From: Candidatus Eiseniibacteriota bacterium
GTDB lineage: Bacteria; Eisenbacteria; RBG-16-71-46
Direction: 5' to 3'
Assembly (NCBI GenBank): GCA_016215625.1
Contig: JACRIW010000042.1
Location: 3,463 to 67,462, forward strand
DNA length: 64,000 bases
Part shown: one piece after another, positions 26,901 to 34,068 of the stretch
Position numbering within the stretch: position 1 is the first letter of the stretch
Layout: every line of letters begins with the position of its first letter
Program-made: the position numbers and the translations under genes
The notes under the pieces: model-generated
What the model saw: the letters and a program-made list of their open reading frames with translations, nothing else
Databases searched by the model: none
Told to the model about the DNA's origin: nothing

Positions 26901-27325
26901 GCGACACACCGGAGAAGCTCGACGGCCCCGGTCTCGTGAAGGTGGCGGCGTTCGTGCGCGAGGGCATCCAGTACTTGGGCGATCGCCCCGAGATGCTCAC
27001 GAACACGATCGCCGGCGCGAAGCCGAGCGCGCCGGCGGGCGGCGCGGCCGCCGGCGGCGGCCGCCGCGTGACGATCGGCACCATGCCCGACTTCGCGTTC
27101 GCCGGCCCCGGCGTGAAGGTGGCGGGAGTGACGCCCGGCTCGCCGGCCGACAAGGCCGGGCTCAAGGAAGGGGACGTGCTCATGAAGCTGAACGGCGAGG
27201 CGATCCCCGACCTGAAGAGCTACTCGGCCATGCTGCGTGCGCTACAGCCGGGGCAGTCGGTGCGCATCGGCTATCGCCGCGGAGACACCGAGCAGGAAGT
27301 GACGCTCACCGTCGTCGAGCGCTGA
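23933..27325 (+). CDS. Secreted tri-domain peptidase: M1 (aminopeptidase N-like) + M28 (aminopeptidase) + PDZ
   Basis: The start overlaps the upstream stop (GTGATG; ATG at 23936). M1 zinc site HEILHNWWGN-x-NWCEGLT (HExxH-x18-E). M28 motifs HYDHLG, GADDNASGVAVMLELARAL, FTGEESGLQGSRHYV. C-terminal PDZ GVKVAGVTPGSPADKAGLKEGDVLMKLNG. Confidence 0.9.
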   Translation: MMTLRRVAFALLTALAQPGAAAASTATTAPAPADAHVHHAMHVTLDPPRGWLEVTDTLTVPAAFVKDGSADFLLHGALVLNSSTPPASRVPLRSGSHDDATRFFGINASDADLDTSLARWRVTLPPAGGSVVLHYAGHFDFGLSDEREQYTRGFRQTIGIVSKEGVYLAGDGFWYPQLNRGLMGARVSVSMPDGWQVIAPGNGRARDSDGQARWNVEGGLDELTLVGGPLLEYREKAGAIDALVYLRTKDDALAAKYLEATAQYLKMYEDLIGPYPYGKFAMVENFWETGYGMPSYTLLGPQIIRFPFILTSSYPHEILHNWWGNSVFVDYESGNWCEGLTAYMADHLIQEQRGRGAEYRRDALQKYRNYVRDGRDLALSAFRSRHSAATEAVGYGKALMVFHMLRQRVGDDAFRRWVRTFDERFRGKQASWADVESVFESVSGLDLTRFFADHVTRVGAAELRPERVQVRASADGFEITGTLVQAQKGAALELHVPVLVQTAKGNVTDTVHCFTARTAFTVRTKTRPLALPVDPAADVFRLLDPRETPPSLGQVFGDARVLAVLPAKASATEQAAWRTMAESWRSDGHAIEFATDAEVKTLPADRAVWLLGRGNTLAASRFAGGADFALTRDTLRVDGEAMAMTGHCGVLVRRHPGAVEKAMGWIFADDMAALPGLGRKLPHYGKYSALGFEGTEPVNVLKAQWSATDSPLRVALQASAPQLPPLTHPALAELPPVFSEQAMLDRVRWLAAPEREGRGVGTKGLDESAEWIAARMREFGLEPGGDNGTYFQAFTTTKSPNGQSVTLRNVIGVLRGAAPERAGQAALLTAHYDHLGRGWPDVHAGDAGKVHAGADDNASGVAVMLELARALAAGEKPQRTIAFIAFTGEESGLQGSRHYVAHPAFALDKTIGVINLDTVGRLFGKRVSVLATGTATEWQHIFRGAGFVTGVEPRLVAEALESSDQVSFIEKGVPAVQIFTEPHVDYHRPSDTPEKLDGPGLVKVAAFVREGIQYLGDRPEMLTNTIAGAKPSAPAGGAAAGGGRRVTIGTMPDFAFAGPGVKVAGVTPGSPADKAGLKEGDVLMKLNGEAIPDLKSYSAMLRALQPGQSVRIGYRRGDTEQEVTLTVVER

Positions 27326-27364
27326 ACGTGCACGTGGCCGCCGCGCGCGAGGACGCCGCCGCGG

Positions 27365-28555
27365 CTACCGCGCGCTCAGCGCCAGCATGGTGAGGTCGTC
27401 GGTCGGGGCGCCGTTCTCGAACGCCTGCACGCGGGCGATGACCTCGTCCACGATGCCCTGCGGGCCTGCGGCCCTCGCGTCGCGCACGGCGGAGACCAGG
27501 CGGTCCTCGCCGAAGAGCTCGTCCTCGCCCTCGGCTTCGGTGACACCGTCGCTGTAGGCGAAGAGCACGTCCCCCTGAGCGAGCGTGACGCGCCCGAGCT
27601 GGCACTCCCATTCGTCGAACACGCCGAGCACGGTCGCGGTCGCCTTCAGCCATTCGACGTCGCCGTTCGCACGCAGCACGAGCGGCGGGTTGTGACCGCA
27701 GTTGACGTAGTTCAGCCGCCGCGAGGCATCCGACCACACGCCGAAGAACAGCGTGGCGAACTGCCCCGGGCGCGAGCGCTCGCGCAGCAGGCGGTTCACC
27801 TGCCGCAGTGCGCGCAACGGATCCTCGGGTGTCGAGCCGACCTGGCTGCGCACGTGCGCCTGCAGGTTGGCCATGCGCAGCGCGGCGTGCACGCCCTTGC
27901 CCGACACGTCGGCGAGCACGAGCGCGACCTGTTGCGGCCCGAGCGGCAGGAAGTCGTACCAGTCGCCACCCACGCTGCGCGCCTGCGCGCAGTGTGCGGC
28001 AAGCGTGGCGTTCGCGAGCGCCGGCGCGGCGTCGGGGAAGAGCTGCGACTGCACCTCACGCGCGATCTGCAGCTCGCGGTCGATGCGGCGTGAATAGTCC
28101 AGGCGCTCGGCGAGCATCTCGGCCATGCGGATGACCTCGAACGCCACGCCCGCGTGCGCCGCTGCCGAGACCAGCCGCGGGCGCAGCGCCGGATCGAGCG
28201 CGCCCGAGGCCGTGGCTCCGATCGCGACGAGTCCGACGGGATGGTCGTGGCGGTCGAACACCGGCACGATGGCCGCGGGAGCCTGCGGCAACCCGAGGCG
28301 CTCACCGAGCGCCGCACGCAGCCCGCACTCGAAGTGGGCGCCGCGCCAGAGCTGCTCGCTCGTCGCCGGGTCCGAGTCCAGCTCGAGCACCGAGGCACTC
28401 GTCCGGGAGCCGTCCGCGCAGGCGAAGGCGCCGTCCGGGCGCCGGACCCAGACCGCCAGCCATTCCGGCGCGGCCAGCTCGCGCACGTGCGTGGCCAGCA
28501 GCCGGGCCAGTCCGGGCCGGTCGGTGGCGGCGGCTTGCCGGGTGAAGTCGTCCAT
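27365..28555 (-). CDS. GAF-domain PP2C-type (SpoIIE/RsbU-like) Ser phosphatase
   Basis: Start at ATG 28555 (MDDFTRQ) after GGGAG. PP2C/SpoIIE motifs GGDWYDFL, LADVSGKGVHAAL, NCGHNPP, YSDGVTEA, TDDLTML. The N-terminal ~170 aa look GAF-like. Confidence 0.88.
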   Translation of the reverse strand: MDDFTRQAAATDRPGLARLLATHVRELAAPEWLAVWVRRPDGAFACADGSRTSASVLELDSDPATSEQLWRGAHFECGLRAALGERLGLPQAPAAIVPVFDRHDHPVGLVAIGATASGALDPALRPRLVSAAAHAGVAFEVIRMAEMLAERLDYSRRIDRELQIAREVQSQLFPDAAPALANATLAAHCAQARSVGGDWYDFLPLGPQQVALVLADVSGKGVHAALRMANLQAHVRSQVGSTPEDPLRALRQVNRLLRERSRPGQFATLFFGVWSDASRRLNYVNCGHNPPLVLRANGDVEWLKATATVLGVFDEWECQLGRVTLAQGDVLFAYSDGVTEAEGEDELFGEDRLVSAVRDARAAGPQGIVDEVIARVQAFENGAPTDDLTMLALSAR

Positions 28556-28750
28556 CGCGTCTGCTCCCGGTGGAGGCCGGCCGGTGCCGCAGCCCGCTGG
28601 GGCGACGGTCCGGAATGGCGTCGGCGGTTCGGGCGTGACCATAACATTGCGCCGAGCCCTGGCGCCCCGGTGCTAACATCCAGACGAAGCCGGTGGCGCA
28701 GCCCTTGGTGCGATCGCACGAGGTTCGCCCGAACGGCGGGCGAGAGACGT

Positions 28751-28788
28751 GACCGCCGGTGACCGGCGGCCGGTGAGCATCCGGCCGC
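28751..28788 (+). promoter_or_regulatory. Two mutually exclusive hairpins in the usp 5' leader, just upstream of the SD
   Basis: Hairpin A pairs gaccgccgg (28751-59) with ccggcggcc (28763-71). Hairpin B pairs gcggccgg (28766-73) with ccggccgc (28781-88). They share bases 28766-71. The SD GAAGGAGG follows at about 28794. A TGcTAACAT extended -10 lies at 28671-79. Confidence 0.3.
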
Positions 28789-28807
28789 GTCGCGAAGGAG
28801 GGTCACC

Positions 28808-29257
28808 ATGAAGATCCTGCTCGCCCTGGACACCTGTGCGACCGCCGACCAGACGGTCGCGACCGTGCAGCGGCTGTTCGCTCCCGACATGGCGTCGGTG
28901 GTGGCGCTGTCGGTGGTGGGTTCGAACGAACTCGACGTCGCGCCGTCACCCGTGCTGCTCGCTTCGGTGGCGCAGAACATCGCGGTGCTCGAGGCGGATC
29001 ACGTGCGCACGCACGAGGAGTGCGTCGCGCGCGCCGTACGCACGCTTCGCGCGGCGGGCTACCACACGAGTGGCGACGTGCGTCACGGTGAGCCGCGCGA
29101 CGTGATCCCGGTCGCGGCACGCGAACACCAGGCCGACCTGGTCGTCGTCGGCGTGCACCGCCGGACCAGCATCCGGCGGCTCATCTCACGCAGCCTCGCC
29201 TCGCACGTGACCGAGCACGCCCACTGCGACGTGCTGGTGGTGAGGCACGACGGCTGA
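28808..29257 (+). CDS. Universal stress protein (UspA family)
   Basis: 149 aa. Starts MKILLALD and has the C-terminal G-x2-G-x9-G(S/T)-like region VVGVHRRTSIRRLISRSLASHVTEHAHCDVLVV. Strong SD. Confidence 0.9.
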   Translation: MKILLALDTCATADQTVATVQRLFAPDMASVVALSVVGSNELDVAPSPVLLASVAQNIAVLEADHVRTHEECVARAVRTLRAAGYHTSGDVRHGEPRDVIPVAAREHQADLVVVGVHRRTSIRRLISRSLASHVTEHAHCDVLVVRHDG

Positions 29258-29315
29258 ACGGAAGAAGAGCAGCGCGGCATCGACACCCGGCCCTGAGGCT
29301 GGCATCCTGCCGCGC

Positions 29316-29831
29316 ATGCCCACGCCCTCCACGAGCGATTCGAACGGCGCCGTATTCACCATGAAGCCCATCGGTCACGCGCGCAGCGCGCTGGCCGACA
29401 CGTCACGGATCCCCACGGGCGCGGGCGCGCGCCACGAAGCCGAAGGCGTGCTCGAACTGCTGCCGGAGCTCGAAGCCGGGCTCACGGATCTCGAGGGGTT
29501 CTCGCACCTCTACGTGCTCTGGGTGTTCGACCGCGCCGAGGGCTTCGACCTGCTCACCACCACGCCGCTCGATGCGCGTCCGCACGGCGTCTTCGCCACG
29601 CGCTCGCCGCGCCGTCCCAACCCGATCGCGCTGACCGTCGTACGCCTGCTGCGCCGCGAAGGCCGGCGCCTGTTCGTGCGAGGGCTCGACATGGTCGACG
29701 GCACGCCGATCCTCGACGTGAAGCCCTACCTTTCGAGCGTTCCCGAACACGAGCTCGTTCGCGGCTGGATGACCGAGGCCGAAGCCCGCGCGAAGCAGCA
29801 CCCGAAACCGGACGGGGGAGCCCGCTCATGA
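29316..29831 (+). CDS. trmO: tRNA (t6A37-N6)-methyltransferase TrmO (YaeB/TsaA family)
   Basis: Motifs FSHLYVLWVFD, ATRSPRRPNPIALTVVRL, LDMVDGTPILDVKPY. The true start may be the internal MKPIGHARS at 29361. Confidence 0.88.
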   Translation: MPTPSTSDSNGAVFTMKPIGHARSALADTSRIPTGAGARHEAEGVLELLPELEAGLTDLEGFSHLYVLWVFDRAEGFDLLTTTPLDARPHGVFATRSPRRPNPIALTVVRLLRREGRRLFVRGLDMVDGTPILDVKPYLSSVPEHELVRGWMTEAEARAKQHPKPDGGARS

Positions 29832-30889
29832 GCCGCCGAATCGCGCTGACTCGTTCGACGCTCCCGTGGATCGTCGGCGCACTGGGCCTGATGCTCTGGG
29901 CGCTGCCCGACGTGGTCGTGCTCGTGGGCTTCTCGGTGCTGCTCGCCTACGCGCTGCTTCCCGCGGTCGCGCTGCTCGAGCGCGTGCGACTGGGCCGCGG
30001 CCGGAACCTCTCACGCGGCGTGGCCGCGGCGATCGTGATGCTCGCGCTCGTGGGCGTCGTGGGCTGGCTGCTCGCGCTCGCCGTTCCGCGGCTGGGCGCC
30101 GAGGCGGCTCAGTTCGCTTCCGTCGCGCCTGCCACGCTGCGACGGCTGCTGGACGCGATCGACGGGTGGGCCGCCGCGCACGGTTACGGGACGGTGGTCG
30201 GGCCCGCGCTCGCACAGGCGCGCGCCGACCTGCCCTCGCTGGTGCCCCAGCTCGGCGGCACGCTCGCCGCGTGGACCGGCCGGGTGGTCGGCGGCGTCGG
30301 CAGCCTGCTCGGCTACGCGCTCGTGCCGCTGCTCGCGTTCTACCTGCTCGCCGACTCGGCGGCCGTGCAGTCGAGCGCGCTGCGATTCGTGCCCGGCGAG
30401 CTGCGCCCCGAGCTGCAGCGCATCGGGCAATCCGTGAATCGCGCGCTGCTGAGCTACGTGCGCGGCCAGGCGGTCGTGTGTCTCGTCACCGGCGCGGCGG
30501 CCGCGCTCCTGCTCGCGCTGCTGCAGTTCCCGGCCGCGCTTCTGCTCGGCGTGCTCGCGGGCCTCGCGCAGTTGATTCCCTACATCGGCTTCACGGTGAC
30601 GATCGTCACGATCACGCTCGTGGGGCTGAGCGTGGATCCCCTGCATGCGGCGATCGGCGCGGCCGTCTATTTCGCGGTGGACTGGGTGACGGGCACGTTC
30701 ATCACGCCGCGTGTGATGGAGCGCTACCTCAAGATGCACCCGTTCGTCGTGACCGTCAGCGTGATCGTCGGCGCCCGGCTGCTCGGCCCCGCGGGCGCAC
30801 TTCTGGCGCTGCCCGGCGCCGCGATCCTGCAGGCCGTGATCGCGAGCCTGGCGAGCGAACCGAAGGGGAGCGACGCCGCGGCCGAGTGA
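29828..30889 (+). CDS. AI-2E family transporter (PerM/UPF0118)
   Basis: 353 aa and polytopic. ATGA overlap with the trmO stop. The C-terminal segments (PYIGFTVTIVTITLVG ... GPAGALLALPGAAILQAVI) are typical of the family. Confidence 0.88.
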   Translation: MSRRIALTRSTLPWIVGALGLMLWALPDVVVLVGFSVLLAYALLPAVALLERVRLGRGRNLSRGVAAAIVMLALVGVVGWLLALAVPRLGAEAAQFASVAPATLRRLLDAIDGWAAAHGYGTVVGPALAQARADLPSLVPQLGGTLAAWTGRVVGGVGSLLGYALVPLLAFYLLADSAAVQSSALRFVPGELRPELQRIGQSVNRALLSYVRGQAVVCLVTGAAAALLLALLQFPAALLLGVLAGLAQLIPYIGFTVTIVTITLVGLSVDPLHAAIGAAVYFAVDWVTGTFITPRVMERYLKMHPFVVTVSVIVGARLLGPAGALLALPGAAILQAVIASLASEPKGSDAAAE

Positions 30890-30908
30890 ACCTGCGCCGG
30901 ACACGCCT

Positions 30909-30943
30909 GCGGCGCGGGCGATCGCTGCCGTCGCCCGCGCCGC
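30909..30943. terminator. Bidirectional terminator hairpin between convergent genes (13-bp perfect stem, 9-nt loop)
   Basis: gcggcgcgggcga (30909-21) pairs perfectly with tcgcccgcgccgc (30931-43). It lies between the stops at 30889 (+) and 30961 (-). Confidence 0.6.
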
Positions 30944-30960
30944 CGTGCTCCGCGTGCGTG

Positions 30961-31926
30961 TCAGTGCAGCTGGATGACGCGCGTCGTGACGACCGCGTCC
31001 GACTGCTGCACGCGCGCCCAGTAGGTTCCCGCCGGCACGCCCGAGGCGGGCAACTCGACGCGACGCATGCCGGGCGCGAGCCCGTCCAGATCACGCTTCG
31101 CCACTCGGCGCCCCTGGACGTCGAACAGCTCCAGCTTTCCGCCACGAGCGGGCAGCGCCAGCTCGAACGCAATCGTGCCGCCGGCGAGTCCGCCGAGCCT
31201 GCGAATGGCGAGGCGATCGGGGAGCGCACCGTCGTCAGAGGCTTCGCGCCCCTCGTCCGCGACCGGGTCCGCCGCGACCGGCGCTTCGCCGCCTGCGACA
31301 CGCTCGTGCCACGCGACCACGCGCCATTCGCCGTCCTCGAGCGCCAGCTCGAGCACGTTGTCGCTGCCCTCGAGCATCACCTGCGAGCCGTCGTCGAACG
31401 TGAGCCGGAACGCGAGCCGCTCGACGTGTGCGACGGCGCGCTTGGCGCCCACGGAGCGCAGTTCGACCGACACGGCGCCGAGCGGCGCGTCCACCTGTGC
31501 CACGAGCGGCAGCGGCCGCCCGTCCGGCGCGCGGCCACCGCCACGGAAGAGGTGAGAGGCGAACGCGAGTTCGTCGTCCCGCCCGAAGCCGCGCGGGTGC
31601 CGCTGCGCGAAGCCCGGCTCGTCGGACTCGAACCGGTAACGGCGGGACATGCCCGCGACCCAACCGTCTGGATCACGCCGCTCGAACGCGGCGTACATGG
31701 CGAGCACGGTCTGGATGGGGTCGGCATCGGCGATCGCCACAAGCGCGACCGGCGGCGCGCTCGCCAGCTGGCTCACGGCCACCATTTCGAGTGAGAGGCC
31801 ACAGCGGCAGTGCGCCGGCATGGCGTTCGAGCCGTGCACCGCGCCACCGGGCGCGGCATCCGGCTCACCCTGCGCGAGCGCCACCGAAGCCACCAGAACG
31901 AGCCACGGGAATCGCAACGTCTTCAT
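30961..31926 (-). CDS. Secreted hypothetical protein with FlgD-Ig/T9SS-like C-terminal domain
   Basis: ATG at 31926 after GAGGAGG. Signal peptide MKTLRFPWLVLVASVALAQG. C-terminus GGTIAFELALPARGGKLELFDVQGRRVAKRDLDGLAPGMRRVELPASGVPAGTYWARVQQ...VIQLH. Confidence 0.8.
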   Translation of the reverse strand: MKTLRFPWLVLVASVALAQGEPDAAPGGAVHGSNAMPAHCRCGLSLEMVAVSQLASAPPVALVAIADADPIQTVLAMYAAFERRDPDGWVAGMSRRYRFESDEPGFAQRHPRGFGRDDELAFASHLFRGGGRAPDGRPLPLVAQVDAPLGAVSVELRSVGAKRAVAHVERLAFRLTFDDGSQVMLEGSDNVLELALEDGEWRVVAWHERVAGGEAPVAADPVADEGREASDDGALPDRLAIRRLGGLAGGTIAFELALPARGGKLELFDVQGRRVAKRDLDGLAPGMRRVELPASGVPAGTYWARVQQSDAVVTTRVIQLH

Positions 31927-32174
31927 GCTGCCTCCTCGCCGCGCGAGCGGCACCCCGGTCGGGTCGATTCGACGAGGAGACGGGGACCTCGCTCACGCCA
32001 TACAGCAGCATGCGTGCCATGGCGTGCACGCACGCGAAAGCCGCGCCACGCGCGCGTAACGCATGCGCACGAGCGCGGCTTCGACGTGAAGTGTCACCCG
32101 AAAAGTGTTTCGCGGGCGAAGCAGAGTGACATGCCCACGTGAGTCGCGCGGCGCAGCCGGATGGGTGAGAGCAG

Positions 32175-32741
32175 CTACTTCGGCTGCTGCGTGAGCTGCA
32201 GGCGCGAGACGTCGTATCCCTGCGTCCGCAAGCGTTCGAGGATTCCCGAATACACCGCCGCATCCATCGTGCGCGTACGGCTCAGGATCCAGAGGTAGCC
32301 GCGGCCCGGATGACCGACGACCGCATACTCGTAGTCGGCCCCGAGATCGATGATCCAGTAGTCGCCCCAGAACGGCCAGAAGAACGTGACCTTGAGCTTG
32401 GCGTTGCTCTGGCGATCGACGACGCGCGCGCGGCCACGCGCGACGGTCTCGCGCCCGGTGAGCGAGTCGCGATTGCAGCGGTTGACGACTTCGATCTGGC
32501 CGTCCGGGCGGATCGTATAGGTCGCGGCGCTCGCGGTGCAGCCCTTCTGGAAGCGCTGGGGGAAGCTCGCGATCTCGTACCAGGTGCCGGTGTAGCGCGC
32601 GAGGTCCACGCGCTCGACCGTGCGGAGCGGGGCGGGCTTCGCGGCGCTCGGATGGGCAAGCGCCATTCCGCACGCGAGCAAGCCGGCGCCCAACCAGCGA
32701 CGAATCGCGCGCGTGACCGTTCGCGAGTCGGCGCGGCTCAT
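32175..32741 (-). CDS. blc: Outer-membrane lipoprotein Blc (bacterial lipocalin)
   Basis: Lipobox GLLAC|G. Lipocalin motifs YTGTWYEIASFPQRFQKGC, YWIIDLGADYEYAVVGHP, LWILSRT. Confidence 0.9.
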   Translation of the reverse strand: MSRADSRTVTRAIRRWLGAGLLACGMALAHPSAAKPAPLRTVERVDLARYTGTWYEIASFPQRFQKGCTASAATYTIRPDGQIEVVNRCNRDSLTGRETVARGRARVVDRQSNAKLKVTFFWPFWGDYWIIDLGADYEYAVVGHPGRGYLWILSRTRTMDAAVYSGILERLRTQGYDVSRLQLTQQPK

Positions 32742-33880
32742 GGCCGCCCCGGCCAGCCCGCCTTGGTGAACTTGCCGTTTCGGCTGATGACCTTGCCGTC
32801 GGCTTCGATCACTCCGCCCTGGCGCAGATCGCAGACCATGTCCCAGTGCAGTCCGCTCTCATTCTTGCCGCCGCTCTCCTTGATGGAGGCGCCGCAGGCG
32901 GCGTGGAACGTGCCGCCGATCTTCTCGTCGAAGAGCGTGTTCTTCACGCCGCGCCGGATGCGGTAGTTGGTGCCGATCGCGATCTCGCCCAGCACGCGCG
33001 CGCCCTTGTCCTGGTCGAGCATCTTGATCAGGAAGTCCTCGCCCTTGCTCGCCGAGGCGTCGACCACGCGGCCGCCCTTGAAGCGCAGGCGGATGCCGTC
33101 CACTTCGCGGCCCTGATGGAGCGAGGGGAAGCTGTAGCAGACCACGCCCTCGGTCGCGTCCTCGAGCGGGCCGGTGAAGACCTCGCCGTCGGGGAAGTTC
33201 ACGTGGCCGTCGCAGTTGATCCACCTGCGGCCCTTCACGCCGACCGTGAGGTCGGTGCCCTGCGGCGTCTTGAACCGCACCTCGCTGACCTTGTTCAGGT
33301 ACTTCACGACCTTTTCCTGCTTCGCGCTGATGGCCTTCCACGCGGCGATGGGGTTGGGAAGATCGAGCAGCCCCGCGCCGAAGACGAAGTCTTCGTACTC
33401 GCGTAGCGACATGTCGGCGTCCTGAGCGGAGGCCTGGTTTGGGAACATCGTGCCGATCCAGCGCATGTTGCCCTTCTTGCCGAAGGGAATCGCCGTGCGC
33501 GTCATGAACGTCGTGAACCACTTGCGCCGCGCCGCGCTCGCGCGCGCCTGCTTGGCCGGGTCGGCGCCGGAGAGCGACTTGGTGTTCACGGTGCCCCACG
33601 TCGAGATCAGGCAGTCGATGGTCTCGATCTCGTGCTGGGCGACCGGGTTCTGGAAGTCGAGCTGGTCGTTGCCGGCGAGCCGCACGAAGTCCTCGGCCGC
33701 CTGGTCGCTCATCAGCGTGATGTACGGGTGGCCGCCCGCGCGCAGCACGGAGCGGAAAACCTCGGCGAGCAGCGGCTCGCACACGGCCGAACCCGTGATC
33801 TTGACGAGGTCGCCCTTGCGCACCCGGGCGGAATAGTTCACGAGCAGGTCGGCGAGTCTGGCGAGACGCGGGTCGGACAT
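32738..33880 (-). CDS. M29 family aminopeptidase (AmpS/PepS-like)
   Basis: Start at ATG 33880 (MSDPRLARLADLLVNYS...). Motifs NFPDGEVFTGP, LGEIAIGTN, DEKIGGTFHAACG, HWDMV. The stop overlaps the blc start (ATGA). Confidence 0.92.
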   Translation of the reverse strand: MSDPRLARLADLLVNYSARVRKGDLVKITGSAVCEPLLAEVFRSVLRAGGHPYITLMSDQAAEDFVRLAGNDQLDFQNPVAQHEIETIDCLISTWGTVNTKSLSGADPAKQARASAARRKWFTTFMTRTAIPFGKKGNMRWIGTMFPNQASAQDADMSLREYEDFVFGAGLLDLPNPIAAWKAISAKQEKVVKYLNKVSEVRFKTPQGTDLTVGVKGRRWINCDGHVNFPDGEVFTGPLEDATEGVVCYSFPSLHQGREVDGIRLRFKGGRVVDASASKGEDFLIKMLDQDKGARVLGEIAIGTNYRIRRGVKNTLFDEKIGGTFHAACGASIKESGGKNESGLHWDMVCDLRQGGVIEADGKVISRNGKFTKAGWPGRP

Positions 33881-34068
33881 GGGGAGACTCCGGAGAACGG
33901 TGGGACGGACGTGTGAGCGGCGCGAGGATGCACGCAACGGCGAATGGGCGGCAAGCGGGCGAGGGGAGAAGTTCGGTGAACAAGAATTCCCGCCAACTTC
34001 CCGCTTCAGCTAGGGTAGGTGCTGAGAGAGATGCGCCCATCCCGCACGCCCATCACCGGAGGTTTGCC

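Noticed and set aside
27326-27364. Terminator between the convergent M1/M28 peptidase and PP2C genes.
   Set aside because: The GC-rich sequence contains direct (gccgccgcg) repeats rather than inverted ones, so no convincing stem could be drawn.
28741-28790. Possible ZTP (pfl) or other known riboswitch in the usp leader, because of GTGACCGCCGG / CCGGCGG-like strings.
   Set aside because: I could not reproduce the conserved pfl core or pseudoknot sequences by eye. I kept it only as an unclassified switch-like leader.
33913-34068. The upstream GTG/ATG extension of the first FG-GAP gene, as given by the ORF track (start 33913). Similar extensions occur for the genes at 1890, 2772, 3074, 14001, 16720, 36090, 38122, 38955, 43700, 52645..53874 and 54463..56403.
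   Set aside because: The extensions have mixed third-codon composition and Arg-rich nonsense sequence, and they overlap neighbouring genes or promoters. Internal starts give SD motifs and proper signal peptides or domain N-termini.
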